Assembly (NCBI GenBank): GCA_045587145.1 | Contig: JAZNBO010000038.1 | Coordinates: 4,275 to 68,274 of the forward strand | DNA from: Paludibacteraceae bacterium | GTDB taxonomy: Bacteria; Bacteroidota; Bacteroidia; Bacteroidales; Paludibacteraceae | Length of the DNA stretch: 64,000 nucleotides | Reading direction: 5' to 3' | In this document: positions 1 through 8,675 of the stretch, piece after piece | Numbering within the stretch: the stretch's first letter is position 1 | How the letters are laid out: every line of letters begins with the position of its first letter | Position numbers and translations under genes: made by a program | Notes under the pieces: generated by a model | Database searches by the model: none | What the model was told of the DNA's origin: nothing | The model's input: the letters and a program-made list of their open reading frames with translations, nothing else

Positions 1-1
1 A

Positions 2-706
2 GATGCGATCAAGCACATGAGCGCGTTGGCAAGCAAAGTGCTCGGCATCGAGGTAAAAGCGTTGAAACTCAAATACCCACAAGGTGGTGAGAAGCAACTC
101 ATCGACGCTTGTATCCGTCGTCAAGTACCAAGTGGTGCACTACCAATCGAGGTAGGCGCTGTGGTGGATAACGTGGCAACTATATATGCCGTATATGAGG
201 CCGTACAAAAGAACAAACCACTCATCTCTCGCGTAATGACTGTCACAGGTAAGAGTCTTGCTAAACCAGGTAACTACGACGTGCGTTTTGGTACGCCATT
301 GACCGACGTTGTGGCTCTTGCAGGCGGTGTGCCTGAGGATACTGGTAAGGTAATCGGTGGTGGCCCAATGATGGGTCGCGCCATGAGCAACATCGATATG
401 CCAACCAACAAACGTGTGAGCGGATTGCTCTTCTTGCCAGAGGCAGAGAGTATGCGCGAGGAACTCACCAACTGCGTACGCTGTGGTAAGTGCGTGAACG
501 CTTGTCCTATGGGATTGGAACCATGGCTCTTGTCAAAACAAGCATGGCACAGCATGTGGGACGAGATGGAAGATCACAACATCATGGACTGCATCGAGTG
601 CGGTTGCTGCCAATTCACCTGTCCAAGTCACTTGCCATTGCTCGACTATGTACGCATGGGTAAAGCGAAAGTAGGAGGAATCATCCGCAGCAGAGCTGCT
701 AAGTAA
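2..706 (+). CDS. rnfC: Rnf complex subunit C, C-terminal part (5' end outside window)
   Basis: ORF open to window start; two 4Fe-4S motifs CVRCGKCVNACP and CIECGCCQFTCP; followed by rnfD-G-E-A. Confidence 0.85.
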   Translation, partial: DAIKHMSALASKVLGIEVKALKLKYPQGGEKQLIDACIRRQVPSGALPIEVGAVVDNVATIYAVYEAVQKNKPLISRVMTVTGKSLAKPGNYDVRFGTPLTDVVALAGGVPEDTGKVIGGGPMMGRAMSNIDMPTNKRVSGLLFLPEAESMREELTNCVRCGKCVNACPMGLEPWLLSKQAWHSMWDEMEDHNIMDCIECGCCQFTCPSHLPLLDYVRMGKAKVGGIIRSRAAK

Positions 707-803
707 AGTGTAGAGTGGTGTAGAATAGTTTAGAATGGTGTAGAATTGTACTATGCTACACAATACTACACAACGCTACACAATGCTAAACAAAATTGAA
801 AAA
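707..803. repeat. rnf intercistronic element copy A (4x GTGTAG-type hexamers, GTAC centre, 4-5x CTACAC-type hexamers, CAAAATTGAAAAA tail)
   Basis: Near-identical to 1810-1915 and 3151-3258; hexamers phased every 10 bp. Confidence 0.9.
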
Positions 804-813
804 TTTTTATATT

Positions 814-1809
814 ATGAAACCATTTATAGTATCTCCTGCACCTCACTTTCATAGCGGTGATAGCGTGCGGAAAAATATGTTGTTGGTGATCATCGCCCTG
901 CTGCCAGCTTACGTAGTGAGTGTGTTGGCATTCGGTTGGGGTGCACTCATCACCACAGCAATCAGCATCGCAGCATGTGTGCTGTTTGAGTGGCTGATTG
1001 CGAAATTTATCTTGAAACAAAAATCTACCATCTGCGACCTCTCTGCCGTACTGACTGGTTTGCTCCTCGCGTTCAACTTGCCAAGCAATTTGCCTTGGTG
1101 GATCGTAGTGATCGGCGCGTTGGTGGCTATCGGTGTGGCGAAGATGAGCTTCGGTGGATTAGGACAAAACCTCTTCAACCCAGCGTTGGTAGGTCGTGTA
1201 TTCTTGCTCATCTCTTTCCCTGCACAAATGACCACATGGCCAGTGCCACAAGGTTTTGCTACTTCTTATGTGGATGCAACCACTGGTGCTACTCCATTGG
1301 CAGCGTTGAAAGTGGCATTGCAAGGCAGTGATAGTATGCTTAACATTATCCCTAAGACTTGGGACGTACTCATCGGTTGGATGGGTGGTAGCTTGGGCGA
1401 GGTGAGTGCATTGCTCCTTCTTGCTGGTGGTATCTTCCTCATTATCACTCGCGTGATCACATGGCATATTCCAGTAAGTATCTTGGCTACTGTGGCATTG
1501 TTTGCTGCTGTGACAGGTTGGGCAGGCATGTTGCCAGAGGGCCTCTGCACATGCCAATACACTATGTTGAGTCTCTGCACTGGTGGTATGATGCTCGGTG
1601 CTTGGTTCATGGCGACAGACTATGTGACCTCTCCAATGAGCAACTGGGGTAAGATCATCTTCGGTATCGGCATCGGTCTGATCGTGATGGTGATTCGTAC
1701 ATGGGGCGCATACCCAGAAGGTATGTCGTTTGCTATCCTGATTATGAACGCTTGCGTTCCATTGTTGAACTTGATTCGTCCAAAACGCTTTGGCGAGAAG
1801 AAGAAATAA
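814..1809 (+). CDS. rnfD: Rnf complex subunit D (RnfD/NqrB family)
   Basis: Polytopic membrane ORF; APHFHSG N-terminus and TGATPL motif; ATG 814 preferred over TTG 796, which lies inside the repeat element. Confidence 0.9.
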   Translation: MKPFIVSPAPHFHSGDSVRKNMLLVIIALLPAYVVSVLAFGWGALITTAISIAACVLFEWLIAKFILKQKSTICDLSAVLTGLLLAFNLPSNLPWWIVVIGALVAIGVAKMSFGGLGQNLFNPALVGRVFLLISFPAQMTTWPVPQGFATSYVDATTGATPLAALKVALQGSDSMLNIIPKTWDVLIGWMGGSLGEVSALLLLAGGIFLIITRVITWHIPVSILATVALFAAVTGWAGMLPEGLCTCQYTMLSLCTGGMMLGAWFMATDYVTSPMSNWGKIIFGIGIGLIVMVIRTWGAYPEGMSFAILIMNACVPLLNLIRPKRFGEKKK

Positions 1810-1915
1810 AGCGCAAAGCGCCGTGTAGAGTGGTGTAGGATCGTTTAGAATAGTGTAGAATTGTACAACGCTACACAATACTACACAACGCTACACAATG
1901 CTAAACAAAATTAAA
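1810..1915. repeat. rnf intercistronic element copy B (with GCGCAAAGCGC mini-hairpin after the stop codon)
   Basis: Direct alignment by eye to copies A and C; only a few substitutions. Confidence 0.9.
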
Positions 1916-1921
1916 AAGATT

Positions 1922-2563
1922 ATGGCAAAATTAGTAAGTTCATTCAAGAATATGGCGCTCTCGCTAACCTGCATTGCACTAGTAGCAGCAGGAGCATTGG
2001 CGGGAGTGTATATGCTGACCATGGCGCCCATTGAGGCAGCTATGAAGGCAAAACAAGAAGCTGCTATCATGCAAGTATTGCCTCAGGTAGAAGGCTTGCA
2101 AGTAGCAGAAGCAGAAGATGCAAACGGCATCACTCTCTACAAAGCGTATGTAGGCGAAGAGTGGGTAGGTACAGCCGTTGAGGCAAGCACAGAGGGCAAC
2201 GCAAACATGCCTTTTGGTGGTACATTCCGCTTGATGGTTGGTTTTGATAACGTAGGCAACGTAGTAAACTATGTAGTACTTGAGCAAGCAGAGACCCCAG
2301 GTCTTGGTGCGCTGATGGTATCATGGTTCTGCAATGCGGATAAACCAGGACAAAACATCATTGGTAAGAATCCTGCTACCACCAACTTCACCGTAAGCAA
2401 AGATGGTGGCGATGTAGACGCAATCACTGCTTCTACTATCACATCGCGTGCGTTCCTTGAGGTAGTAGTGAAGGCTTACAACGCTATCGCTCAACAACCT
2501 ATGCCTATCGAGGCAACTAGCGGTGCAACACAATTAACAACTGAGGAAGGAGGCCAACAATGA
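1922..2563 (+). CDS. rnfG: Rnf complex subunit G (FMN-binding)
   Basis: N-terminal TM helix; FMN-attachment-like motif DAITASTITSRA; operon context; ATG 1922 preferred over ATG 1898 inside the repeat. Confidence 0.8.
   Translation: MAKLVSSFKNMALSLTCIALVAAGALAGVYMLTMAPIEAAMKAKQEAAIMQVLPQVEGLQVAEAEDANGITLYKAYVGEEWVGTAVEASTEGNANMPFGGTFRLMVGFDNVGNVVNYVVLEQAETPGLGALMVSWFCNADKPGQNIIGKNPATTNFTVSKDGGDVDAITASTITSRAFLEVVVKAYNAIAQQPMPIEATSGATQLTTEEGGQQ
2547..2553 (+). promoter_or_regulatory. Shine-Dalgarno-like AAGGAGG 6 nt upstream of the rnfE ATG
   Basis: AAGGAGG read directly; this is the only rnf junction without the repeat element and it has an ATGA stop/start overlap. Confidence 0.5.
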
Positions 2564-3150
2564 AAAATAAAGCATTAAGTACAGTATTAAACGGTATCTT
2601 GCGCGAGAACCCTGTGTTTGCGTTGGTACTCGGTATGTGTCCTACCTTGGCGACTACCACTTCAGCTATCAATGGTATGTCCATGGGACTTGCAACCACT
2701 TTTGTGCTCGTGTGCTCAAATGTGGTGATCTCACTTTTGAAAAACTTGATTCCAGATAAGGTACGTATCCCTGCATTCATCGTGGTGATTGCTACCTTCG
2801 TAACCATGGTACAATTGCTCATGCAAGCCTACTTGCCTTCTATTTATGATGTGCTCGGTTTGTTCATTCCGCTGATCGTAGTGAACTGTATCGTACTTGG
2901 TCGTGCAGAGGCTTTTGCAGCTAAGAACACCGTAGGATTGTCTGCTTTGGATGGCCTTGGCATGGGCTTGGGCTTTACCTTGGCATTGACTTTGATTGGT
3001 GCAGTACGTGAGTTGCTCGGTACAGGTTGCGTATTTGGCTTGAACCTCTATAGCGAGACTTATGGCATGCTCATCTTCGTATTGGCTCCTGGTGCGTTTA
3101 TCGTATTGGGCTACTTGATGGCATTGGTGCAGAAACTTTTGAAAAAGTAA
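2560..3150 (+). CDS. rnfE: Rnf complex subunit E
   Basis: 196-aa membrane protein; LGMCPTLATT motif typical of RnfE/NqrD. Confidence 0.9.
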   Translation: MKNKALSTVLNGILRENPVFALVLGMCPTLATTTSAINGMSMGLATTFVLVCSNVVISLLKNLIPDKVRIPAFIVVIATFVTMVQLLMQAYLPSIYDVLGLFIPLIVVNCIVLGRAEAFAAKNTVGLSALDGLGMGLGFTLALTLIGAVRELLGTGCVFGLNLYSETYGMLIFVLAPGAFIVLGYLMALVQKLLKK

Positions 3151-3258
3151 GGCGCATAGCGCCGTGTAGAGTGGTGTAGAATCGTTTAGAATAGTGTAGA
3201 ATTGTACAACGCTACACAATACTACACAACACTACACAATGCTACACAAAATTGAAAA
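3151..3258. repeat. rnf intercistronic element copy C (with GGCGCATAGCGCC mini-hairpin)
   Basis: Near-identical to copies A and B. Confidence 0.9.
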
Positions 3259-3268
3259 TTTTGATATT

Positions 3269-3862
3269 ATGGTATATTTCTTGATATTTATCTCTGCGAT
3301 ATTCGTTAATAATATCGTATTGAGCCAATTCTTGGGTATTTGCCCATTTTTGGGAGTAAGTAAGAAAATTAGCACAGCATTGGGTATGGGTGCAGCTGTA
3401 ACCTTCGTTATGGCATTGGCTACTTTGGTTACCTATTTGTTGCAACAGTTGCTCAACGCATGGGGACTTGGTTTCTTGCAAACTATATTGTTCATCTTGG
3501 TGATTGCCGCTTTGGTGCAAATGATTGAGATCGTATTGAAGAAGATCTCTCCTGCTTTGTATCAAGCATTGGGTGTGTTCTTGCCATTGATTACCACCAA
3601 CTGCTGCTTGCTTGGTGTGGCTATCATGGTAGCAACAGGTACTTATAAATTGCCTATGGGCGCTGAGCCAAGCATGTTGACTGGTTTGCTCTTCGCTATC
3701 GCAACCGCTTTGGGCTTTGCCGTAGCATTGGTATTGTTCGCAGGTATGCGCGAGCAATTGGCAATGGCTAAAGTGCCAAAAGCAATGCAAGGAACTCCTA
3801 TCGCCCTTTTGACTGCTGGTCTTTTGGCGATGGCATTCATGGGCTTTAGCGGTGTAGTATAA
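3269..3862 (+). CDS. rnfA: Rnf complex subunit A
   Basis: LGICPFLGVS motif; 6-TM-like profile; ATG 3269 preferred over ATG 3239 inside the repeat. Confidence 0.9.
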   Translation: MVYFLIFISAIFVNNIVLSQFLGICPFLGVSKKISTALGMGAAVTFVMALATLVTYLLQQLLNAWGLGFLQTILFILVIAALVQMIEIVLKKISPALYQALGVFLPLITTNCCLLGVAIMVATGTYKLPMGAEPSMLTGLLFAIATALGFAVALVLFAGMREQLAMAKVPKAMQGTPIALLTAGLLAMAFMGFSGVV

Positions 3863-3882
3863 GACTGTTTGTATATATAGCA

Positions 3883-3920
3883 ACAAAAACCACTTCATTA
3901 ATGAGGTGGTTTTTGTTTTG
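3883..3920. terminator. Bidirectional intrinsic terminator between rnfA and the MerR-family gene
   Basis: AAAAACCACTTCATTAATGAGGTGGTTTTT hairpin flanked by A and T tracts. Confidence 0.75.
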
Positions 3921-3933
3921 AAGATATGATATT

Positions 3934-4764
3934 TTACTTTATGTCTATCGGCACCTGTATTATTGACAACCATTTTTCAGGATCTTCTTGATTCCAGATA
4001 CCATCTATGTAGCATGTGCGTGGATGCCCAATCATTTGATAACCTTTTTCTTCCATATATTTGAACGCTTCCGCAAACGATTCATAAAATCGTTCGTATG
4101 GACCGATATGTTTCACACATAGTGCTTTCTCAACGGCAGGAAGACGTTTGAATTGTATGATGTGACTATCTTGCCCCATTTCAGCGACTTGTTCGCAATA
4201 CTCAATATCTATACTATCTGGAGAAAACTCTGTGCTATGTTCAATAGTAAAGCAATAACCTGGCATAGGGCATTGACATCCTAATCGTTGCATCTCTGGA
4301 CCGATTTTCTCTACGCACAACATTCCGAGCGCGCTATAATCAGGAATGACTTCTCGATGACTTGCTACGATGACTTCGGGCAATGATTCAATGTTATATT
4401 TCTCCATATGGTTATATTTTTCAGAAGTTTCTATCCAGTTTTTCAGTTGGTCTCGTCTATTTATTAGTTGTTTTAATTGTTCTTCTGTTTTGTTAATCTT
4501 TTCTGTTAGTTGTTTTATGCTTGGCATGTGTGAATCTTCTTCGAATACTTCTTTTATTTCTTCCAGCGAAAAGCCCAAGCGTTGAAGCTGACGAATAGCG
4601 TTCAACTTTTGCATTTGACAAATGGTATAATAGCGATAACCTGTCCATTCGTCCACTTCATCGGGTAAAAGCAAGCCCTTTTTTTCGTAGTGACGAAGTG
4701 TTTTTACGGTCACTTGCATCATTTGTGAAAACTCTCCGATTTTCAATTTCGTTTTTTGTTTCAT
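3934..4764 (-). CDS. MerR-family transcriptional regulator with C-terminal GyrI-like effector-binding domain (BmrR-like architecture)
   Basis: N-terminal HTH KIGEFSQMMQVTVKTLRHYEKKGLL plus coiled-coil, then a ~150-aa C-terminal domain. Confidence 0.8.
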   Translation of the reverse strand: MKQKTKLKIGEFSQMMQVTVKTLRHYEKKGLLLPDEVDEWTGYRYYTICQMQKLNAIRQLQRLGFSLEEIKEVFEEDSHMPSIKQLTEKINKTEEQLKQLINRRDQLKNWIETSEKYNHMEKYNIESLPEVIVASHREVIPDYSALGMLCVEKIGPEMQRLGCQCPMPGYCFTIEHSTEFSPDSIDIEYCEQVAEMGQDSHIIQFKRLPAVEKALCVKHIGPYERFYESFAEAFKYMEEKGYQMIGHPRTCYIDGIWNQEDPEKWLSIIQVPIDIK

Positions 4765-4846
4765 AATTTATTATTTTTAGAGTTATTATCTCTTGTTTTT
4801 GTAGTTATCGTTTGCGTATTTGTAATACGAAATAAGAAATTTTCTG

Positions 4847-4880
4847 CAAAGATAATACATGACCCTGGGTACGAGTCAAG
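4847..4880 (-). promoter_or_regulatory. Putative promoter of the MerR-family gene with palindrome ACCCAGGGT in the spacer
   Basis: Minus-sense TTGAC, then 20 nt, then TATCTTTG; palindrome at 4862-4870. Confidence 0.4.
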
Positions 4881-5115
4881 AAAATTTTCGTTTTTTTTCA
4901 TTTTTTTGCTAAAAATCCTCATTTTTTTCTTATTATTTTGTTTTTACCCACTTACTGCATATTTTTAAGATGCGTCAATTGTGTTGATGGAAAGACTCTA
5001 GTGTGATGCGATTTTTTACTCAACATTTGCGTATGTCAAAAAAAATAGTAATTTCGAGGGCACCTACCTCGAAGTTACAGTAAAAAATGTAGCCTATGGC
5101 AAAAAAGCGAGCTTT

Positions 5116-5150
5116 TTTTGCACATATACATTTTTTTTTGTACCTTTGCA
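5116..5150 (+). promoter_or_regulatory. Bacteroidota promoter (-33 TTTG / -7 TACCTTTG) for the yfhO-like gene
   Basis: TTTGCACATAT, 20-nt spacer, then TACCTTTG at 5141-5148. Confidence 0.7.
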
Positions 5151-5176
5151 CGCAAAATTGCTAAAACGAAAACAAT

Positions 5177-7750
5177 ATGAACATGAAAATAGATTGGAAG
5201 AAGATTCTGCCATACGCCGTGGCAATTGTGGCATTCGTGGCAGTGGCGATGATTTATTGCGCTCCTGTATTGGAGGGCAAAGTGCTAGTACAAGGTGATG
5301 TGAACAACTGGAAAGGTGCTGCACAAGAGGCACGTACTTTCTACGACGAGCATGGTACACGTACATGGTGGACCAACTCTATGTTTGGCGGTATGCCTAC
5401 CTACCAGATTACAGGTAGCTTGCCATCTGGTGAAGTGCGCAATGGTATGGCAAAGATCGCTCACCTCGGCATGGAAGGCGGATGGGAAGCCATCGGTATC
5501 ATCTTTGCCTACTTCTTCGGATTCTTCCTCTTGCTTCGTTGTTTTAAGGTCAATCCATGGCTGAGTATCATTGGTGGTTTTGCGATAGGATTCTCGACTT
5601 ATTTCTTTTTGATTATTCCTGCGGGACATATCACCAAGGCTATGGCACTTGGTTTCCTGGCACCCGTTATAGGTGGATTCTATGCTATCTTCCGCAAACA
5701 ATATTGGTTGGGCGCTCCACTCATGGTGCTATACGGTATTCTGAGTATCACTCTCCACCCACAGATGACCTATTATATCTTCATGCTTATTGGTATTATG
5801 GCATGTGCAGAATTGTACATCCATATCAAGGAGAAAGCGTGGAAAGACTTGGGTATATCTGTTGGCGTAGTAGCACTCAGTTTGTTGCTCATCGTGGGTA
5901 CCAAACTCAGTTGGCTCGAAATGAACCAAAACTACCTCAAAGAAACCATGCGTGGTGGACACTCGGAACTGAGAGGCGATGAGGCGAAAGGCGAAAAGGC
6001 GAAAGGCGGAGGTTTAGACTTGGACTACGCTACCGCATGGAGTTATGGTGTGGATGAAACAATGACTTTCCTTATCCCTAACTGGGAAGGTGGTGCGAGC
6101 GGATATAATGTGGGCGAGAAGTCGCAACTTTGCGAGACGATGAAACAGAATGGCGTACCCAAACGTTCTGCCGAACAGTTCTGTGGGCAAGTGCCTACCT
6201 ATCGTGGAGAGAAAGCCTTTACGAGTGGTCCTGTATATATGGGTGCTATTATTTGTTTCCTCTTTGTACTCGGATTGCTGATTGTGAGCGGTCCATACAA
6301 ATGGGCACTGCTTGTAGCTACACTATTCTCCGTTGCATTGGCATGGGGTAGAAATATGATGTGGCTCACAGAACTCTTCTTCAACTACTTCCCAATGTAC
6401 AACAAGTTCCGCGCCGTGGAGAGTATCCTTGTAGTGGCAGAGATCACAATGCCATTGCTCGGTATCATGGCATTGCAACAAGTAGTAGAGAAGAAAATAG
6501 CATGGGATAAGCTAAGAATAAGCATCCTTACCGCTGCTGGTATCACAGGTGGTTTATGCCTCATATTTGCTTTGTTTGGTGCTGCGGTAGATGTAACCAG
6601 TAGTTACGACGGCCAATGGGTAAGCCAAGTGCCTGCATGGCTCAAAGATGCTATCTACGATGAGCGTGTAGCCATGATCAAAGCTGATGCTTGGCGCTCA
6701 CTGATATTTATCGTACTTGGTGCAGGATTGGTATATTGGTATAGTTGGCAGGCTATGAGGCGAGAAGGCGATAAGGCAATGAGGAAATGGACTATTGGTT
6801 TTTATGCACTCCTCGCTGCGCTCGTGCTCGCCGATATGATTCCAGTGAATAAGCGTTTCTTTGGAAATAATAACTTTGTAAAAGCCAAAGATGCTGAACG
6901 ATATTTTGCTATTCAGCCATACGAGGAGCAGATTTTAGAGGATGAGTCGTATTACCGTGTATTGAACTTGGCGACAAATACTTTTAATGATGCACGCACA
7001 AGTTATCGATTGAAATCTATCGGTGGTTATTCGGCTGCAAAATTGCGTCGTTACCAAGATTTGATAGATGAGCATATTTCTAAAGAAATGAATCCGCTGA
7101 TGCAAACGGTGATGCGTACGCAGGGCTTTATGATACCAGATGAGAATGCTGGCAAGGATTTCCCTGTACTGAATATGCTCAATATGAAGTACGCAGTCAT
7201 GCCATTGCAAGGAGGACAGCAAGTACCCGTTATGAACCCGTATGCGATGGGCAATTGTTGGTTTGTGGACGAGGTAATATTGGTAGATACGCCTGATGAG
7301 GAGTGCGCTGCGTTGAGAACGTTGGATTTGCACAAACAGGCGGTGGCTGATAAGAAGTTTGCGGAGGTATTGGATATTACTAAACCCGAGGTGACACCAT
7401 TGATGGCATTTGATGAGAATGTGATCGAGTTGACCTCTTATGCGCCAAACTGCTTGGAGTATGCGGCTATGACCGAGCAAAACAAGGTGGCAGTATTCTC
7501 TGAGATTTACTATCCATATGATTGGCACTTGTATTTGGTAAATGCGAATGGCGAGCAAGTAGAAATTCCTCTTGCACGAGTGAATTATACTTTACGTGCA
7601 GCCGTTATCCCTGCGGGCGCACATCAATTGCGTATGGTCTTTGAACCACATGCTTTGAAGACCGATAAAGCATGCATGGCTATTCTTATTCTTGCATTGC
7701 TTCTGAGCGTAGGTGCTTTAACCTCTCCTTTGTGGAGAAAACAGAAATAA
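5177..7750 (+). CDS. YfhO-family polytopic membrane protein (GT-C-like glycosyltransferase candidate)
   Basis: 857 aa; many TM helices in the N-terminal two thirds, soluble C-terminal domain, final TM; N-terminus typical of Bacteroidota YfhO proteins. Confidence 0.7.
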   Translation: MNMKIDWKKILPYAVAIVAFVAVAMIYCAPVLEGKVLVQGDVNNWKGAAQEARTFYDEHGTRTWWTNSMFGGMPTYQITGSLPSGEVRNGMAKIAHLGMEGGWEAIGIIFAYFFGFFLLLRCFKVNPWLSIIGGFAIGFSTYFFLIIPAGHITKAMALGFLAPVIGGFYAIFRKQYWLGAPLMVLYGILSITLHPQMTYYIFMLIGIMACAELYIHIKEKAWKDLGISVGVVALSLLLIVGTKLSWLEMNQNYLKETMRGGHSELRGDEAKGEKAKGGGLDLDYATAWSYGVDETMTFLIPNWEGGASGYNVGEKSQLCETMKQNGVPKRSAEQFCGQVPTYRGEKAFTSGPVYMGAIICFLFVLGLLIVSGPYKWALLVATLFSVALAWGRNMMWLTELFFNYFPMYNKFRAVESILVVAEITMPLLGIMALQQVVEKKIAWDKLRISILTAAGITGGLCLIFALFGAAVDVTSSYDGQWVSQVPAWLKDAIYDERVAMIKADAWRSLIFIVLGAGLVYWYSWQAMRREGDKAMRKWTIGFYALLAALVLADMIPVNKRFFGNNNFVKAKDAERYFAIQPYEEQILEDESYYRVLNLATNTFNDARTSYRLKSIGGYSAAKLRRYQDLIDEHISKEMNPLMQTVMRTQGFMIPDENAGKDFPVLNMLNMKYAVMPLQGGQQVPVMNPYAMGNCWFVDEVILVDTPDEECAALRTLDLHKQAVADKKFAEVLDITKPEVTPLMAFDENVIELTSYAPNCLEYAAMTEQNKVAVFSEIYYPYDWHLYLVNANGEQVEIPLARVNYTLRAAVIPAGAHQLRMVFEPHALKTDKACMAILILALLLSVGALTSPLWRKQK
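5971..6012. repeat. GGCGAAAGG-type 7-8-bp array in frame inside yfhO (encodes GDEAKGEKAKGGG)
   Basis: GAGAGGCGATGAGGCGAAAGGCGAAAAGGCGAAAGGCGGAGG read directly. Confidence 0.85.
6751..6790. repeat. Degenerate GGCGAnAAGG-type array in frame inside yfhO (encodes AMRREGDKAMRKW)
   Basis: GGCTATGAGGCGAGAAGGCGATAAGGCAATGAGGAAATGG. Confidence 0.6.
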
Positions 7751-7772
7751 CCTAGCCTCTACACTGTACACC

Positions 7773-8675
7773 ATGATTACCCTAATCATTTGCACATATA
7801 ACCGCGAGAAGTATATTGGTCCGTTGTTGGAAAGCATCGCTAAGAACGACTATCCAACTTCGGATTATGAGATTGTATTGGTGGATAACAACTGCACCGA
7901 TAATACGCGAGGCGTATGTGAGCAGTTTGCCACAACTCATCCAGAGATTACGTTGCGCTATGTAGTGGAAACAGAACAAGGACTATCCGCTGCTCGTAAC
8001 AAGGGAATAAAAGAGGCAAAGGGTGATATTATCATCTATGTAGATGATGATGCACTGGTGGATACGGATTACATCCGCATCTATGCAGAGCATTTTGCGG
8101 CTTACCCAGAAACGATGGCCGCAGGTGGTCCTATAGAGCCATTGTATGAGACCGAAGAACCCAAGTGGATGTCGCCTTATACCAAAGCCCTACTGACTGC
8201 ATGGATGAACTATGGCGATAAAGTGCGCGAGTACCCTAATGGTCGTTATCCTGGTGGTGGAAATGCTGCGTACAGGAAAGTGGTGTTTGACCATGTGGGA
8301 TTGTTCAATACGGAACTGGGGCGTAAAGGTAGTGCACTTCTAGCGTCGGAAGAGAAGGATATCTTTGATAAAATGAAGGCACTAGGCATGCTGGTGCTCT
8401 ATTTGCCTACGCCAATGTTGCATCATATTATCCCACAAGCGAAATTAGAAGAAGACTATTTCAACCGCTTAACCTTACAGATTGGTCGTAGCGAGCGTAT
8501 GCGCACGTGCGCTATATCAAAAGGAAAATACCTTAAACGACTACTATCTGAAGGCATCAAATGGGGAGGTACACTTGCCCTACTATGTATATACACACTA
8601 CAAGGACACCCTATGAAAGGATGGAAATTGGTGCTCTTCCGTAGAAATGTAACAAAGGGATTATTGGGCGGTTAG
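7773..8675 (+). CDS. Family-2 glycosyltransferase
   Basis: ICTYNRE...VDNNCTDNT...YVDDDA (GT-A fold with DxD motif); 22 nt after yfhO. Confidence 0.85.
   Translation: MITLIICTYNREKYIGPLLESIAKNDYPTSDYEIVLVDNNCTDNTRGVCEQFATTHPEITLRYVVETEQGLSAARNKGIKEAKGDIIIYVDDDALVDTDYIRIYAEHFAAYPETMAAGGPIEPLYETEEPKWMSPYTKALLTAWMNYGDKVREYPNGRYPGGGNAAYRKVVFDHVGLFNTELGRKGSALLASEEKDIFDKMKALGMLVLYLPTPMLHHIIPQAKLEEDYFNRLTLQIGRSERMRTCAISKGKYLKRLLSEGIKWGGTLALLCIYTLQGHPMKGWKLVLFRRNVTKGLLGG

Noticed and set aside
533-763. ORFs beginning MCS(I/V)VQFYTILN... at 533-763, 1159-1878 and 2731-3219, and the related 24371-24598.
   Set aside because: Their shared N-terminal peptide is simply the minus-strand translation of the rnf intercistronic repeat or GTGTAG arrays. 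The similarity reflects the DNA repeat, not a protein family.
707-3258. Whether the phased repeats could be CRISPR arrays.
   Set aside because: Units are 6-11 bp with 0-4-bp spacers. There are no 25-40-bp repeats alternating with unique spacers, and no cas genes lie in the window.
4756-4968. A 70-aa ORF in the AT-rich MerR/yfhO spacer.
   Set aside because: It is a Phe/Ile/Leu-rich translation of low-complexity AT-rich DNA that overlaps the regulator's promoter. It has no start context.
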